Program-made: the position numbers and the translations under genes
Notes under the pieces: generated by a model
The model's input: the letters and a program-made list of their open reading frames with translations, nothing else
Database searches by the model: none
Told to the model about the DNA's origin: nothing
DNA from: Mantamonas sphyraenae STR306
Lineage: Eukaryota > Protista > CRuMs
NCBI GenBank assembly: GCA_026936335.1
Contig: JAPMXV010000012.1
Span: 124,001-188,000 of the forward strand
Length of the DNA: 64,000 nucleotides
Reading direction: 5' to 3'
Shown: in pieces, positions 1-12,300 of the stretch
Numbering within the stretch: position 1 is the stretch's first letter
Layout of the letters: each line of letters opens with the position of its first letter

Positions 1-1
1 T

Positions 2-3000
2 GTCGCGTTTGGACCCAGCTCCCGCGTGATTGGCAGGTGGCGCTGGCGACTTTGGAGGATTCACAGGTGCACAGGGTGCCACGGACGGCGTGGCACGCAC
101 CTTCCTCGTGCAAGCGCGCGATGAGTTCTTCAACAACCTCACCGACACCAGCACGGTGTTTGTGGCCACGTTGACGCACACTGCCACCAACACGATTGTG
201 CCGGTGACGTTTGCCGACAGCGTGGCAGCCTCGGGCATCGAGCAGGCCACATACAACGCGACCATCAGCGGTGCTTACACACTGACGGTGACCGCAGACG
301 GCATGGCCATTGCCTCGTCCGGCGCGCCCACCTTCAACCCGGGACCCGTCGCTCTCGGCAGCATCCGTCTGCTGGACACGAGTGGCTACACGGGGGCACA
401 GGGACGCACCGACGGCCTGGCACGCTCGTTCACTGTGCAGGCACGCGACAAGTTCCTCAACAACCTGACCGACACCAGCACGGTGTTGGCAGCCACCCTG
501 ACGCACACGGCAACCAACACAGTCGTGCCGGCTCCGTTTGCAGTAGAGTCGCAGTTGACAGGTGTTGAAAAGGCAACGTACAACGCGACCATCAGCGGCG
601 CGTACACACTGACGGTGACTGCTGGTGGCCAGCAACTGACGAGTGTGGCTGCAGGTGCACCCACATTCCTTCCCAATGTCGCGTTTGGGCCCAGCTCCCG
701 CGTGATTCCGGGTGGCACGGGCGACTTTGGAGGATTCACAGGTGCACAGGGTGTCACGGACGGCGTGGCACGCACCTTCCTCGTGCAGGCGCGCGATGAG
801 TTCTTCAACAACCTCACCGACACCAGCACGGTGTTTGCGGCTACGTTGACGCACACTGCCACCAACACGATTGTGCCGGTGACGTTTGCCGACAGCGTGG
901 CAGCCTCGGGCATCGAGCAGGCCACATACAACGCGACCATCAGCGGTGCTTACACACTGACGGTGACCGCAGACGGCATGGCCATTGCCTCGTCCGGCGC
1001 GCCCACCTTCAACCCGGGACCCGTCGCTCTCGGCAGCATCCGTCTGCTGGACACGAGTGGCTACACGGGGGCACAGGGACGCACCGACGGCCTGGCACGC
1101 TCGTTCACTGTGCAGGCACGCGACAAGTTCCTCAACAACCTGACCGACACCAGCACGGTGTTTGTAGCCACCCTGACGCACACGGCAACCAACACAGTCG
1201 TTCCTTCTCCTTTCACAGTGGACACGGAGCTGCAGGGCATTGAAAAGGCAACGTACAACGCGACCATCAGCGGTGCTTACACTCTGACGGTGACTGCTGG
1301 TGGCCAGCAGCTGACGAGCGTGGCTGCAGGCGCACCCACCTTCAACCCGGGACCCGTTGCTCTCGGCAGCATCCGTGTGCTGGACACGAGTGGCTACACG
1401 GGGGCACAGGGACGCACCGACGGCCTGGCACGCTCGTTCACTGTGCAGGCACGCGACAAGTTCCTCAACAACCTGACCGACACCAGCACGGTGTTTGTAG
1501 CCACCCTGACACACACGGCAACCAACACAGTCGTTCCTTCTCCTTTCACAGTGGACACGGAGCTGCAGGGCATTGAAAAGGCAACGTACAACGCGACCAT
1601 CAGCGGCGCATACACGCTGACGGTGACTGCTGGTGGCCAGCAGCTGACGAGCGTCGCTGCAGGTGCACCCACATTCAACCCGGGTCTCGTGTACCCGGCA
1701 CAGTGTGCTGCAATCTCCCCAAGCGGTTTCACAGGCGCACAGGGTGTCGTCGCTCAGTCCCGCTTCTTCGACCTGCAAGGACGCGACAAGTTTGCAAACA
1801 ATCTCACTGCCGCGGGTGACGTCAGCTTTGTGGTCAGCTTCAACTCGGACGTGCACGGCACATCCACCCAGACCACAGAGTCCATCATCGACGGAGGTGC
1901 CGCCATCAAGCGCTACTCCTACAACGCAACCGTGTCTGGAGCCCATACGATCACTGTCACCGTGAACGGCGTCAACATCGCAGGCTCCCCATCCGCGGTC
2001 TCTTTCATTGCGGCCAATGTTGATGCACCCAGCACCGTGTTGGTGAACAACACTGGCTTCACAGGAGCACAGGGCCGCACGGACGGCGTGGCTAGGACCT
2101 TCACCATCCGTCTGCGTGATTCATTCACCAACAACATCACGACGGACATCAGCAACCAGATCATGGGCCAGCTCGTTCACACCACCCAGGTGCAGAACGT
2201 TTCGGTCTCCTTCTCCAAGGTGGCGAACGACCCGGGTCTTTTCCAGGGCTCGTACAACGCCACCGTGTCCGGCACCTACACTCTGACAACCACGGTGGCA
2301 GGTGTTGCCATCCCGCAGTCGCCTTCTACTGTCTCGTTCCTTCCCAATGTTGCGTTTGGACCCAGCTGCCGTGCAGTGGCAGGTGGCGCTGGCGACTTTG
2401 GAGGATTCACAGGTGCACAGGGTGCCACGGACGGCGTGGCACGCACCTTCCTCGTGCAAGCGCGCGATGAGTTCTTCAACAACCTCACCGACACCAGCAC
2501 GGTGTTTGCGGCCACGTTGACGCACACTGCCACCAACACGATTGTGCCGGTGACGTTTGCCGACAGCGTGGCAGCCTCTGGCATCGAGCAGGCCACATAC
2601 AACGCGACCATCAGCGGTGCTTACACACTGACGGTGACCGCAGACGGCATGGCCATTGCCTCGTCCGGCGCGCCCACCTTCAACCCGGGACCCGTCGCTC
2701 TCGGCAGCATCCGTCTGCTGGACACGAGTGGCTACACGGGGGCACAGGGACGCACCGACGGCCTGGCACGCTCGTTCACTGTGCAGGCACGCGACAAGTT
2801 CCTCAACAACCTGACCGACACCAGCACGGTGTTGGCAGCCACCCTGACGCACACGGCAACCAACACAGTCGTGCCGGCTCCGTTTGCAGTAGAGTCGCAG
2901 TTGACAGGTGTTGAAAAGGCAACGTACAACGCGACCATCAGCGGCGCGTACACACTGACGGTGACTGCTGGTGGCCAGCAACTGACGAGTGTGGCTGCAG

Positions 3001-3360
3001 GTGCACCCACATTCCTTCCCAATGTCGCGTTTGGGCCCAGCTCCCGCGTGATTCCGGGTGGCACGGGCGACTTTGGAGGATTCACAGGTGCACAGGGTGT
3101 CACGGACGGCGTGGCACGCACCTTCCTCGTGCAGGCGCGCGATGAGTTCTTCAACAACCTCACCGACACCAGCACGGTGTTTGCGGCTACGTTGACGCAC
3201 ACTGCCACCAACACGATTGTGCCGGTGACGTTTACCGACAGCGTGGCAGCCTCGGGCATCGAGCAGGCCACATACAACGCGACCATCAGCGGTGCTTACA
3301 CACTGACGGTGACCGCAGACGGCATGGCCATTGCCTCGTCCGGTGCACCCACCTTCCTGC
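2..3360 (+). repeat. Near-identical DNA tandem/segmental repeats (offsets 333, 675 and 2346 bp)
   Basis: Bases ~32-1010 recur almost exactly at ~2378-3356. Mirror ORFs 386..940 and 2732..3286 are offset by 2346. Homologous positions at 386, 1061 and 1394 give the 675 and 333 spacings. Confidence 0.95.
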
Positions 3361-6300
3361 CTGGTCCCATCCACGTCGCCAACACCGTCTCCGAGGGTCA
3401 GGGCATTTTCACCAGCACCGCGGGTGTTGGTGGCCAGTTCAACCTGCAGACGCGCGACATCTTTTACAACAACCTCACCGACACTGGCGCCGTACTCACC
3501 TTTGTCATGAGCCACAAGACGAACAACGCTGTGACAAACCCCACCGTCACGTACGCCAACGTGACAAACCAGGGTGCATACACAGTCTCTTACAACGCCA
3601 CCGTGTCCGGTGACTACTCCATGGCCATTACTGCAAACTCGCAGGCCATCCCCAGCTCCCCGTTTACAATTTCCGTCGCACCCGCGGGGGAGTTTGTGGC
3701 CGAAACACGCGTCACAGGTGACACCGTCACCGAAACCGTCGGTTTCCCGGGCATTCTCTGGATCCAACGCCGCGACGCCTTCCAGAACAACCGTACCAAC
3801 GAGGTCGGTGCTCTGGTCGTCCAGCTCACGCACTCGAGCGGTGCTCCCATCTACAGTGCCACCAAGGAATCACTTGGCAACGGTCTCACAAAGGCAACGT
3901 ACAACGCCACCGTCATCGGTACCTACTCCATGGTGATCAGCATTGGCGGCGTCGGTGTTCCTGCCTCGCCGTACACTGTCACGGTGGTCAACTCGGTCAC
4001 CCATTTGCCCAACACCGTCCTCTACGGCGCTGGCGCAAGCTCGGGTATTGCCGGCAACATCAACTCCTTCTCCATCCAGAGCAAGGATGCCTTTGGCAAC
4101 AACCGCACCACCACCGACGAGAACTACCTTGTGGCGTTTACACACCTCACGCAAACTGGCGTCACCTACAACGCCATGGTCGCCGCCAAGGCGCCCTCTT
4201 CCCTGGGCCAGTACCTGGCCACGTTCAACATGACCGTCGCCGGTTCGTATTCCATGGCAATCACGGACAACGGTGCGCCTATCGCAGGCTCGCCCTTTGC
4301 CTACACGCTGCGCACGAACGATCTCACCCTGACGGCCACACGCACGACAGGCCTCGGCCTGTCGCAGGCAACCGCGGGTGTGTTTGCCCATCTGCACATC
4401 CAGGCGCGTGATGTCTTTCTCAACAACCGCACAGTGCACGGTGACCCGTTCCTCGTGCAGCTGTTCCACAGTGTGTTCCCTGTCGGAAACGTGAATGGCA
4501 CCGTGAGCAACGACGCTGCCTCGGGCGCATATGCAGTTGCTTACAACGCCACTGTCAGTGGCCAGTACGCATTGTGGGTCCGTCTGAATGACAGTCACGT
4601 GCCGGGTTCGCCCTTTACCGTGACCGTGAGTCCCAATGTCGTGCATGCACAGACCTCCATTGCCTATGGCCAGGGTCTGAGCACAGGTTTGGCTGGCAAC
4701 AGTGGCTCGTTCCTGTTGCAGGCACGCGATTCGTTCAGCAACAACCGCACCGTGGCCTCTGATTTGGGCCTACTTCTCGGGCAACCTCAAGCACAACGTG
4801 TACACCACGCAGGTGCCGGTGACGTTCGCACACACGGCCCTCGGTGTGTATCAAGGCACGTTCAACGCCACGGTCAGCGGCCAGTACGCTGTCAACGTGT
4901 TTGGTGCCACCACCACGCACATCTCCGGTTCGCCGTTTACAACCACGGTGGCAACGCAGGCCACACATCTGCCCAACACCATTGTGTATGATGCTGGTGC
5001 GTACACGAGCACCGCAGGCGCTCTGGCCACCTTTTCCATCCAGGCACGCGATGCTTTCTTCAACAACCGCACCGTGGAAACCGACAACTTTGCTGTTGTG
5101 CTCAAACACAAGACGCTCTCTGTGACTGATGTCAACGGTGCTGTGAGCGGAGGGGCAAACACGGGCAACGGCTTGTACACGGCCACGTACAACGCCACGG
5201 TCAGCGGCGATTACGCCCTGTGGGTGCGCGACGGAACCACCCACGTGGCCGGCTCGCCCTTCAGTGTCAACGTGGTCACCGAGGTGACGCACGTGCCCAC
5301 GACCACCGTGGATGGCGCCGGCCTTTCTGCATCCGAGTCGGGCCAGGCTGCTGTGTTTTACGTGCAGGCGCGCGATGCCTTCCAGAACAACCGTACCGTG
5401 CGTACCGACACGGTGTCCACTACGTTGACGCACACCACCCAGCCGGGTGTCACTGTCAACGGTGTCACCACCGGCTTTGGTGCAACCACCACGGGTCGTT
5501 ACACAGTGACGTACAACGCCACGGTGTCTGGTACCTACAGCATGGCTGTGACACTCAATTCGCAGGCTGTGCCGGGGTCGCCCTTCACCGTGGTCGTGGT
5601 GACGGCTCCGCTGGATCTGCGCCGTGTCACGCACACGGGACGCAACCAGCACACTGTCGAAGCTGGCAAGCCGGCCAACTTTATCATCCAAGCGCGCGAT
5701 GCCTTCAACAACAACCGCACTGTGAACACGGATTTGTTCGCTGTGGTCCTGTCGCACAAGGTCTTCACCGCCAACCCGAAGGTCGAGGTCATGGCCGTCG
5801 TCACTCCCATGACCCCGGCCACACTCGGCCGCCATAGCGTGGACTTTAACCTCACGGTCAGTGGCGACTACGATCTCAAGATCACGTCGGGTGGCACCCA
5901 CATTGCCGGCTCGCCTTTTGCGTACCTGACCAACCCCACGGAGACGTTCTTCCCCACCACCATTGCCTACGGCGCGGGGCTGAACAACGCGGTCGCAGGT
6001 GTGTACTCCACGTTCATCGTACAGGCTCGCGATGCCTTCTTGAACAACCGCACTGTGACCACAGACAATCTGGAGGTGTTCCTTGACCACGACCGCCAAG
6101 ACTTTAACAGTCTGGCTCTGGTCAACGCCAGTGTGATCAGCACCACGCCCGCAGCCGGCACCTACTTGCTGCAGTACAACGCCACCGTCAGTGGCGCCTA
6201 CAGCATGACAGTGCGCGACCGCACCCTCAACACCCTCATTGCTGGCAACCCGTTCCCAGTCACTGTTAAGACAGCCGAAACGAACCCGCCGCTTTCGCGT

Positions 6301-9300
6301 GCGTGGGGCGCTTCGCTGACCACGGGCACAGTGGCCACCGAGGGCTTCTTTGAGATCCAGTCGCGCGATCCGTTCAACAACAACCGCACCGAGACAAACG
6401 ACAACTGGGTCACGCTGCTGAAGCACCAGCAGTACACGGTGCCCGACGTCACCGGTGTCCTCACCGCACGTGTCCCTGCCACCGACGGCCGCTACGAGGT
6501 GCGCTACAACGCAACCATTGCCGGCAACTACGCCCTGTGGGTCACATTGGGCAACAACGGCCAGCACATCGCAGGCTCGCCCTTTTCGCTGACCCTCAAG
6601 ACGGAGGCCACCTTTACCGCAAACACCCTCGTGTACGGCGTGGGTCTCACCGACGCACGGGCAGCAGACACAGGCTCGCTTACCATCCAGGCGCGCGATG
6701 CCTTCTTCAACAACCGTACCCAGGTCACCGACTCGTACACGGTCGTACTGACCCACACCACCCTTTCGGTGACTCCTGTGACTGCGACGGTGACGGCCAA
6801 GACGGCCACCACGGGCCAGTACGCTGTGGCCTACAATGCCACTGTGAGTGGTGTGTATGCCATGGCCATCAAGCGCAGCGACGTGCACATCACTGGCTCG
6901 CCCTTCACTACCACGGTGATCACACGCGAGACCAACCCGCTCGTCTCGGTGGCCTATGGGGCCGGGCTCAGTGACGCCGTGTCTTCGTTCACCGCCGGAT
7001 TCACCATCCAGGCCAAGGATTCGTTCCTCAACAACCGCACGCAGGTGACAGACGATTTCAAGGCCGTGCTCACCCAGGTGGTCAACAGCGCCACCGTCAA
7101 CGGCATCGTCACGGCCAACGCGCCGACCACGGGAACGTACGGCGTCACGTACAACGCCACGGTGTCGGGCACCTACTCGCTGGCTGTCACACAAGGCACC
7201 AACGGACCTCACATTGTTGGCTCGCCCTTCACTGTGGTCGTCAAGACGGGCGTCACTCACTTGCCGCTCGTGGCCATCTCTGGGCCAGCGACTCTGTCCA
7301 CCACCTCGGGTGTGGCACAGACATTCACCATCCAGGCCAAGGATTCGCACGGCAACAACAAAACCACGAGCGGTGACACCTTTGTGGTGCGCTTCGACCA
7401 CAAAGATCTGCCTGTGGCCACTGTCAACGCAGGTGTCGTTTACAACGGCGGCACCTCGGGTCAGTACACGGCATCGTACACCCTCACTGTGGCTGGCAAC
7501 TACCTGCTCAAGATCACCGACAACAGCATCCCCATCGGAGGCTCGCCCTTCACCACTGTCGTCTACCCGACCACAGTCAGCGCATCCAAGACGCAGGTGG
7601 TGGGCATGGGTCTCACCCAGGTCACCGCTGGCTCCGAGGGCTACGCCACAGTCGCCTTCAAGGACAGCAACGACAACAACCGCACACAGGGTTGCGCCCT
7701 CGTCACGAGCGGTGCCGCCGATTCTGGTTTCCGACGCGTCAACATGGCTGTGACTGCAAGCTCGACCGTCACCATGGCTGTCTGGTTCAAGGCCGCTGTT
7801 GCAGGCTCTGGAACACGTGGCATTGCCAGTCTGGCAGCAAGCACCGTGCCCCACTTTGGACTGCGCATGTCCAGCTCCAACCAATTCGGCGCCCTCGTCG
7901 ACGCGACCTCTAAGTACGTGGCAGTCACCACCGAAGGTGTCTGGCACCACGGCGTGGCTGCATGGAACAGCAACGGTTCGTGGGCCGTCTGGCTGGACGC
8001 AGCACAGAGCTTGACTGGTATTACCGCCAACAACATGCCTGCAGGTGCGCCCCTGTACGTGGGTCACGAGCGTGATGGATCCACAAGCTCCAACAACGGC
8101 TTCCAAGGCTCCATCGACGAACTGGCCATCTTCAGCTCGTGGAAGGCCACGCAGCCCGAAGTGATGGCCTTGATGAAGTACAAAACGCTGCCCACGGCCG
8201 CGTCGCTGATGTACCTGTACAACTTTGACGAGTGCTCCACCATCACGTACGCCCTGGACCAGAGCGGCAACGATGGCCTGGGTTCGTTTGTCAACACGGC
8301 CCAGACGACCTACGAGGCCTCACTGGCCCCGTTCTCGTCGGACAACATCACTGTGAACCTGCAGCACAACGTGTTTGCTGCGCCAACCCGTGGTGAGTGT
8401 CGCAGCGTCGGCCACGGCCCAAGGCGTGGACGATCTGCGCTACAACGCGACTGTCGGGGAACTACACTCTTTCGGTGCGCCTGGGCACGGGTCTGACCAA
8501 CATCGACCAGTCGCCGTATTCGCCGTACATTGTGACGGAGGCCACAGACCTGCGCCAAACCGTGGTGTTTGGTGCGGGCAAAACCAACTCGCAGGCCGGT
8601 GACGTCGCCTCGTTTACCATTCAGGCCCGTGATACGTTTGCCAACAACAAGAGTGTGACCACCGACACGGTGACTGTGTCCCTGGACCACAAGCGCACCG
8701 ACCTGACGTACAACTCGGTGGTCGTGGCAGGCAACCCCAACGCCATTGTGCCTGCCACCCTTGGCCAGTACTTTGTGACCTACAACGTCACTGTGAGCGG
8801 ACAGTATGCCATGAGTGTGCTGTTTTCGGGTGCCCACGTGGCCGGTTCGCCGTTTGACGTGTTTGTGGCCACCGCGCCCACGGACATCCGCAACAACATC
8901 GTGTATGGCAACGGACGCTCGCAGGTTGAAGCCGGCTACGATTCCAGCTTCATCATCCAGTCGCGTGATGCGTTCTTCAACAACCGCACCGTCACCACCG
9001 ATGCGTACACGGTGCGTGCGTACAGCCGCCGTTTCCCCAGCATCATTGTCAACGGTACCGTCAACGCGCAGAACGGCGTTCTTGAAGGCTCCTACTTTGT
9101 GCGCTACAACGCCACAGTGGCCGACACGTACGACCTGCATGTGACCAGCGGACTGGTGCATATGGCGGCGTCTCCGTACACGCTGCTGGTGGACCCCACC
9201 GTGACGCATCCTCCTCGCTCTGTGGCCTTTGGCCCCAACCTGTACGCAGAGACCGCAGGCTATCCTGGAGGCTTCACCATCCAGGCACGCGATACGTTTG

Positions 9301-12300
9301 ACAACAACCGCACGCTGACCACGGATGCGTTCACCGTGACCATGGTGAACCAGGACTTCCCGGTGGCCAACGTGGTTGGCGCCGTCAACTCCCTGGTGCC
9401 TGGTGAGGGCACGTATTCCGTGGCCTACAACGCCACAGTGTCCGGTACCTACCTGACCAGCATCAAGGCAGGCACGGGTCAACACATTCTGGGCTCGCCT
9501 TTCACCACGGTGCTGGCGACAGACGTCACGCATCTGCCCAACTCGCGTGCGTTTGGCGTACAATTGTACAACACGGTGGCTGGCACACACTCGCAGTTCT
9601 TCCTGCAGGCCAAGGATCGCTTCTTCAACAACCGCACCGTCAACGACGACCCGTGGACGGTGGTGCTGGCCCACAAGACGCTCAACGTGGCCGACGTGAC
9701 CGGAACCGTGACCAACCTGGTCAACGGCAAGGGTTCGTACACGGTGACGTACAACACCACGGTGTCTGGAGACTACAGTGTCGCCGTGACGCGTGTGGGC
9801 GCCCACATCTACGGTTCGCCGTTCACGCTGCACGTCGAACCCAACGTCATGCACGTGCCCACCAGCACGGCCTCTGGTGCCGGTCTCGTGCGCTCGCGAG
9901 CAGGCGTGTTCTCCACCTTTGACATCCAGGAGAGGGACACGTTCTACAACAACCGCACCACGTCGACTACCACCTTCCAGGCGCTGTTTGTCAACCAGCA
10001 GTTTGGCTCGGTGCAGTTCACTGTCAACGCAGCCTCGCCGGGCTCGCCAACTGGCATCTACACGGTGACATACAACGCCACGGTGTCGCTCAAGTACACT
10101 CTCAACGTGCGCAACGTGCCTGGTTCCAGTGAGCACATCCAGGCTTCGCCATTTGTCATGGAGACGTTCCCCAACGCTCTCTTTGTGCCCAACATCATCT
10201 CGTACGACACGGGTCTGACCACAGGCACGGCTGGATACGAGAGCGTGTTCAAGACACAGCCTCGCGACGCCTTCTACAACAACCGCACGTTCAACGACCT
10301 GGCCCCGGCGGATTGCTCGCTCGTGACCACCGCAGCGAACCATGCAGTGTTTGCAGTCAACTACAACTGGCCCTCCACGGCGTACACGCTGTCATACTGG
10401 GTGCGCAACACAGGCACCACCGCCACGGGCGCCACGGCAGTCAGCTACAACAACGATGTCGTGCGCCTCAGCGGGCCCACGCAGACATCAGCCACAGGCC
10501 AGTTGCGCGTGGCCAACCAGGCCATCAACCTGCCCAACAACAACCCTTGGGCACCCATCGATGGCAAGTACCACCACATCGTCATCACATGGCGTTCATC
10601 TGACGGCCAAACGCGTCTGTACGTCGACGGCACGGCTGTGGTGTCCACCACCAACCGTGCAGGCTTCACCATCCCGCAGAGCGGTGGTGTTAGGATTGGC
10701 TACTATGGCACAGGAACCGGAGCTGACGCAAACAACCGCTGGATCGGATACATCGGCGAAGTGGATCTGTTCAGCGCGGCCCTGCCTGCCACGGCGGTGC
10801 CCATCCTGCAGCGCAACCGCATGCGTGGCAACGAACCCAACCTGTACTCGGCCTGGACATTCCAGGGATGCAACCTGAACGATGTGGGACCTGCCAACAA
10901 GGCCCTGACAAAGTTGGACAACGGCGCCAACTTTTTCGGCAACTCGCTGACTGCACCCGAAATCCACCTGCCCGACCTGCTCACGGCCGAGTTGACACAC
11001 GATCGCACTGGTGCCACCGTCACTGTGACGCAGGCGCAGTCGTTCACGGTGGCTGGCACAACGGATTTCGCGTACACGCCGACCTTGTCGGGTCTGTACA
11101 CGCTCAATGTCAAGACGGCGAGCGGTGGTCAACATGTGCCTGGCTCGCCCTTCAAGCCACTCATTGTGACGGACATCACGCATGCTCCGTCGTCGCGTGT
11201 GGAGGGCTTCGGGCTGAATGTCAGCACGGCCGGCGAGTACGGCTACTTTTTCTTGCAGGCCAAGGATAAGTTTGCCAACAACAGGACACAGGAGAACGAC
11301 GTGTGGCGTGTGCGTCTCATCTACGACACGAACAACGCCATTGTGGTGGACGGTGTGGTGACGCCGCGCACAGCAGGCTCGGGCTCTTATGACGTGGTGT
11401 ACAACACCACCGTGTCGGGCGCATACACCATGTCGGTCACTCTGGGTTCTCTCACGGGTGTGCACATCTTTGGTTCGCCGTTCAGCGTGGTGACGTCGCC
11501 CAACGTGGCGCATCCGCCGCTCACCTTTTCCACCGGAGACGGCCTGGCCGACTTTGGTGTCCATGCTCTGGCAACCGTCAACATGTTTGCTCGTGATGCG
11601 TTCAGGAACGCACGCATCGACAACGGACACGTTCACCATCGACTTGCGTGACAACTCGAGCAACCCAGTGGCAACCACCCTGCAGCGCATTGGAGGCAAC
11701 CAGTACCGTGTGCAGTACACGCCACAGACCACCGGCGACTTTACGCTCAACATCTACCTGTACGGAAGCGTGCACATCGATGGCTCGCCCTACAAGGTGT
11801 CCATCCTGCCCAACGCCACGTACACGTCGATCTTCCCCACGCTCGGTCCCATTGCGGGCAGCACACTCATCACCGTCACCGGTAACGACTTTGTGCCAAA
11901 CACCTACCTGGAGGCCAAATTGGGAGGCACGCCGTGTACGTCGACGACGTACGTGTCACGCACCGTGTGCACGTGCCTGTCGCCCGCTCGCGGCACTGCC
12001 GCAAACGTGACCCTGGAGGTGAGCAACAACAAGATTGCGTACAGCGGCAACAACACGTTCTGGTACTACCCCACCGAGGTGGTGACCGACTTTACGCCGA
12101 ACAACGGTCCCGTGTACGGACGTACCATTGTCACCATCACAGGCGAGAACTTCCTCGACAGCCCGCTGCTGCGTGCCAAGATCGATCTGGCCAAGACCAC
12201 GGTTGCCGTGATTTGGAACAGCCCCACTCAGATTGTCATCAGCACGCCGCAGAACAACGTCGGTCAGCGCGTGCTCTCGGTGTCAAACAACGACCAGAAC

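Larger units (their letters stand above)
2..11810 (+). repeat. Array of roughly 30 filamin-type Ig-like repeats (~105-115 aa each)
   Basis: Recurrent G.G....AG....F.IQARD.F.NN[RL]T, Y.V.YNATVSG.Y and I.GSPF.V.V motifs typical of filamin/ABP280-like repeats. Count estimated from length. Confidence 0.8.

Noticed and set aside
2-3360. Repeats as a CRISPR array or satellite
   Set aside because: Units are >300 bp, in-frame coding repeats with no unique spacers.
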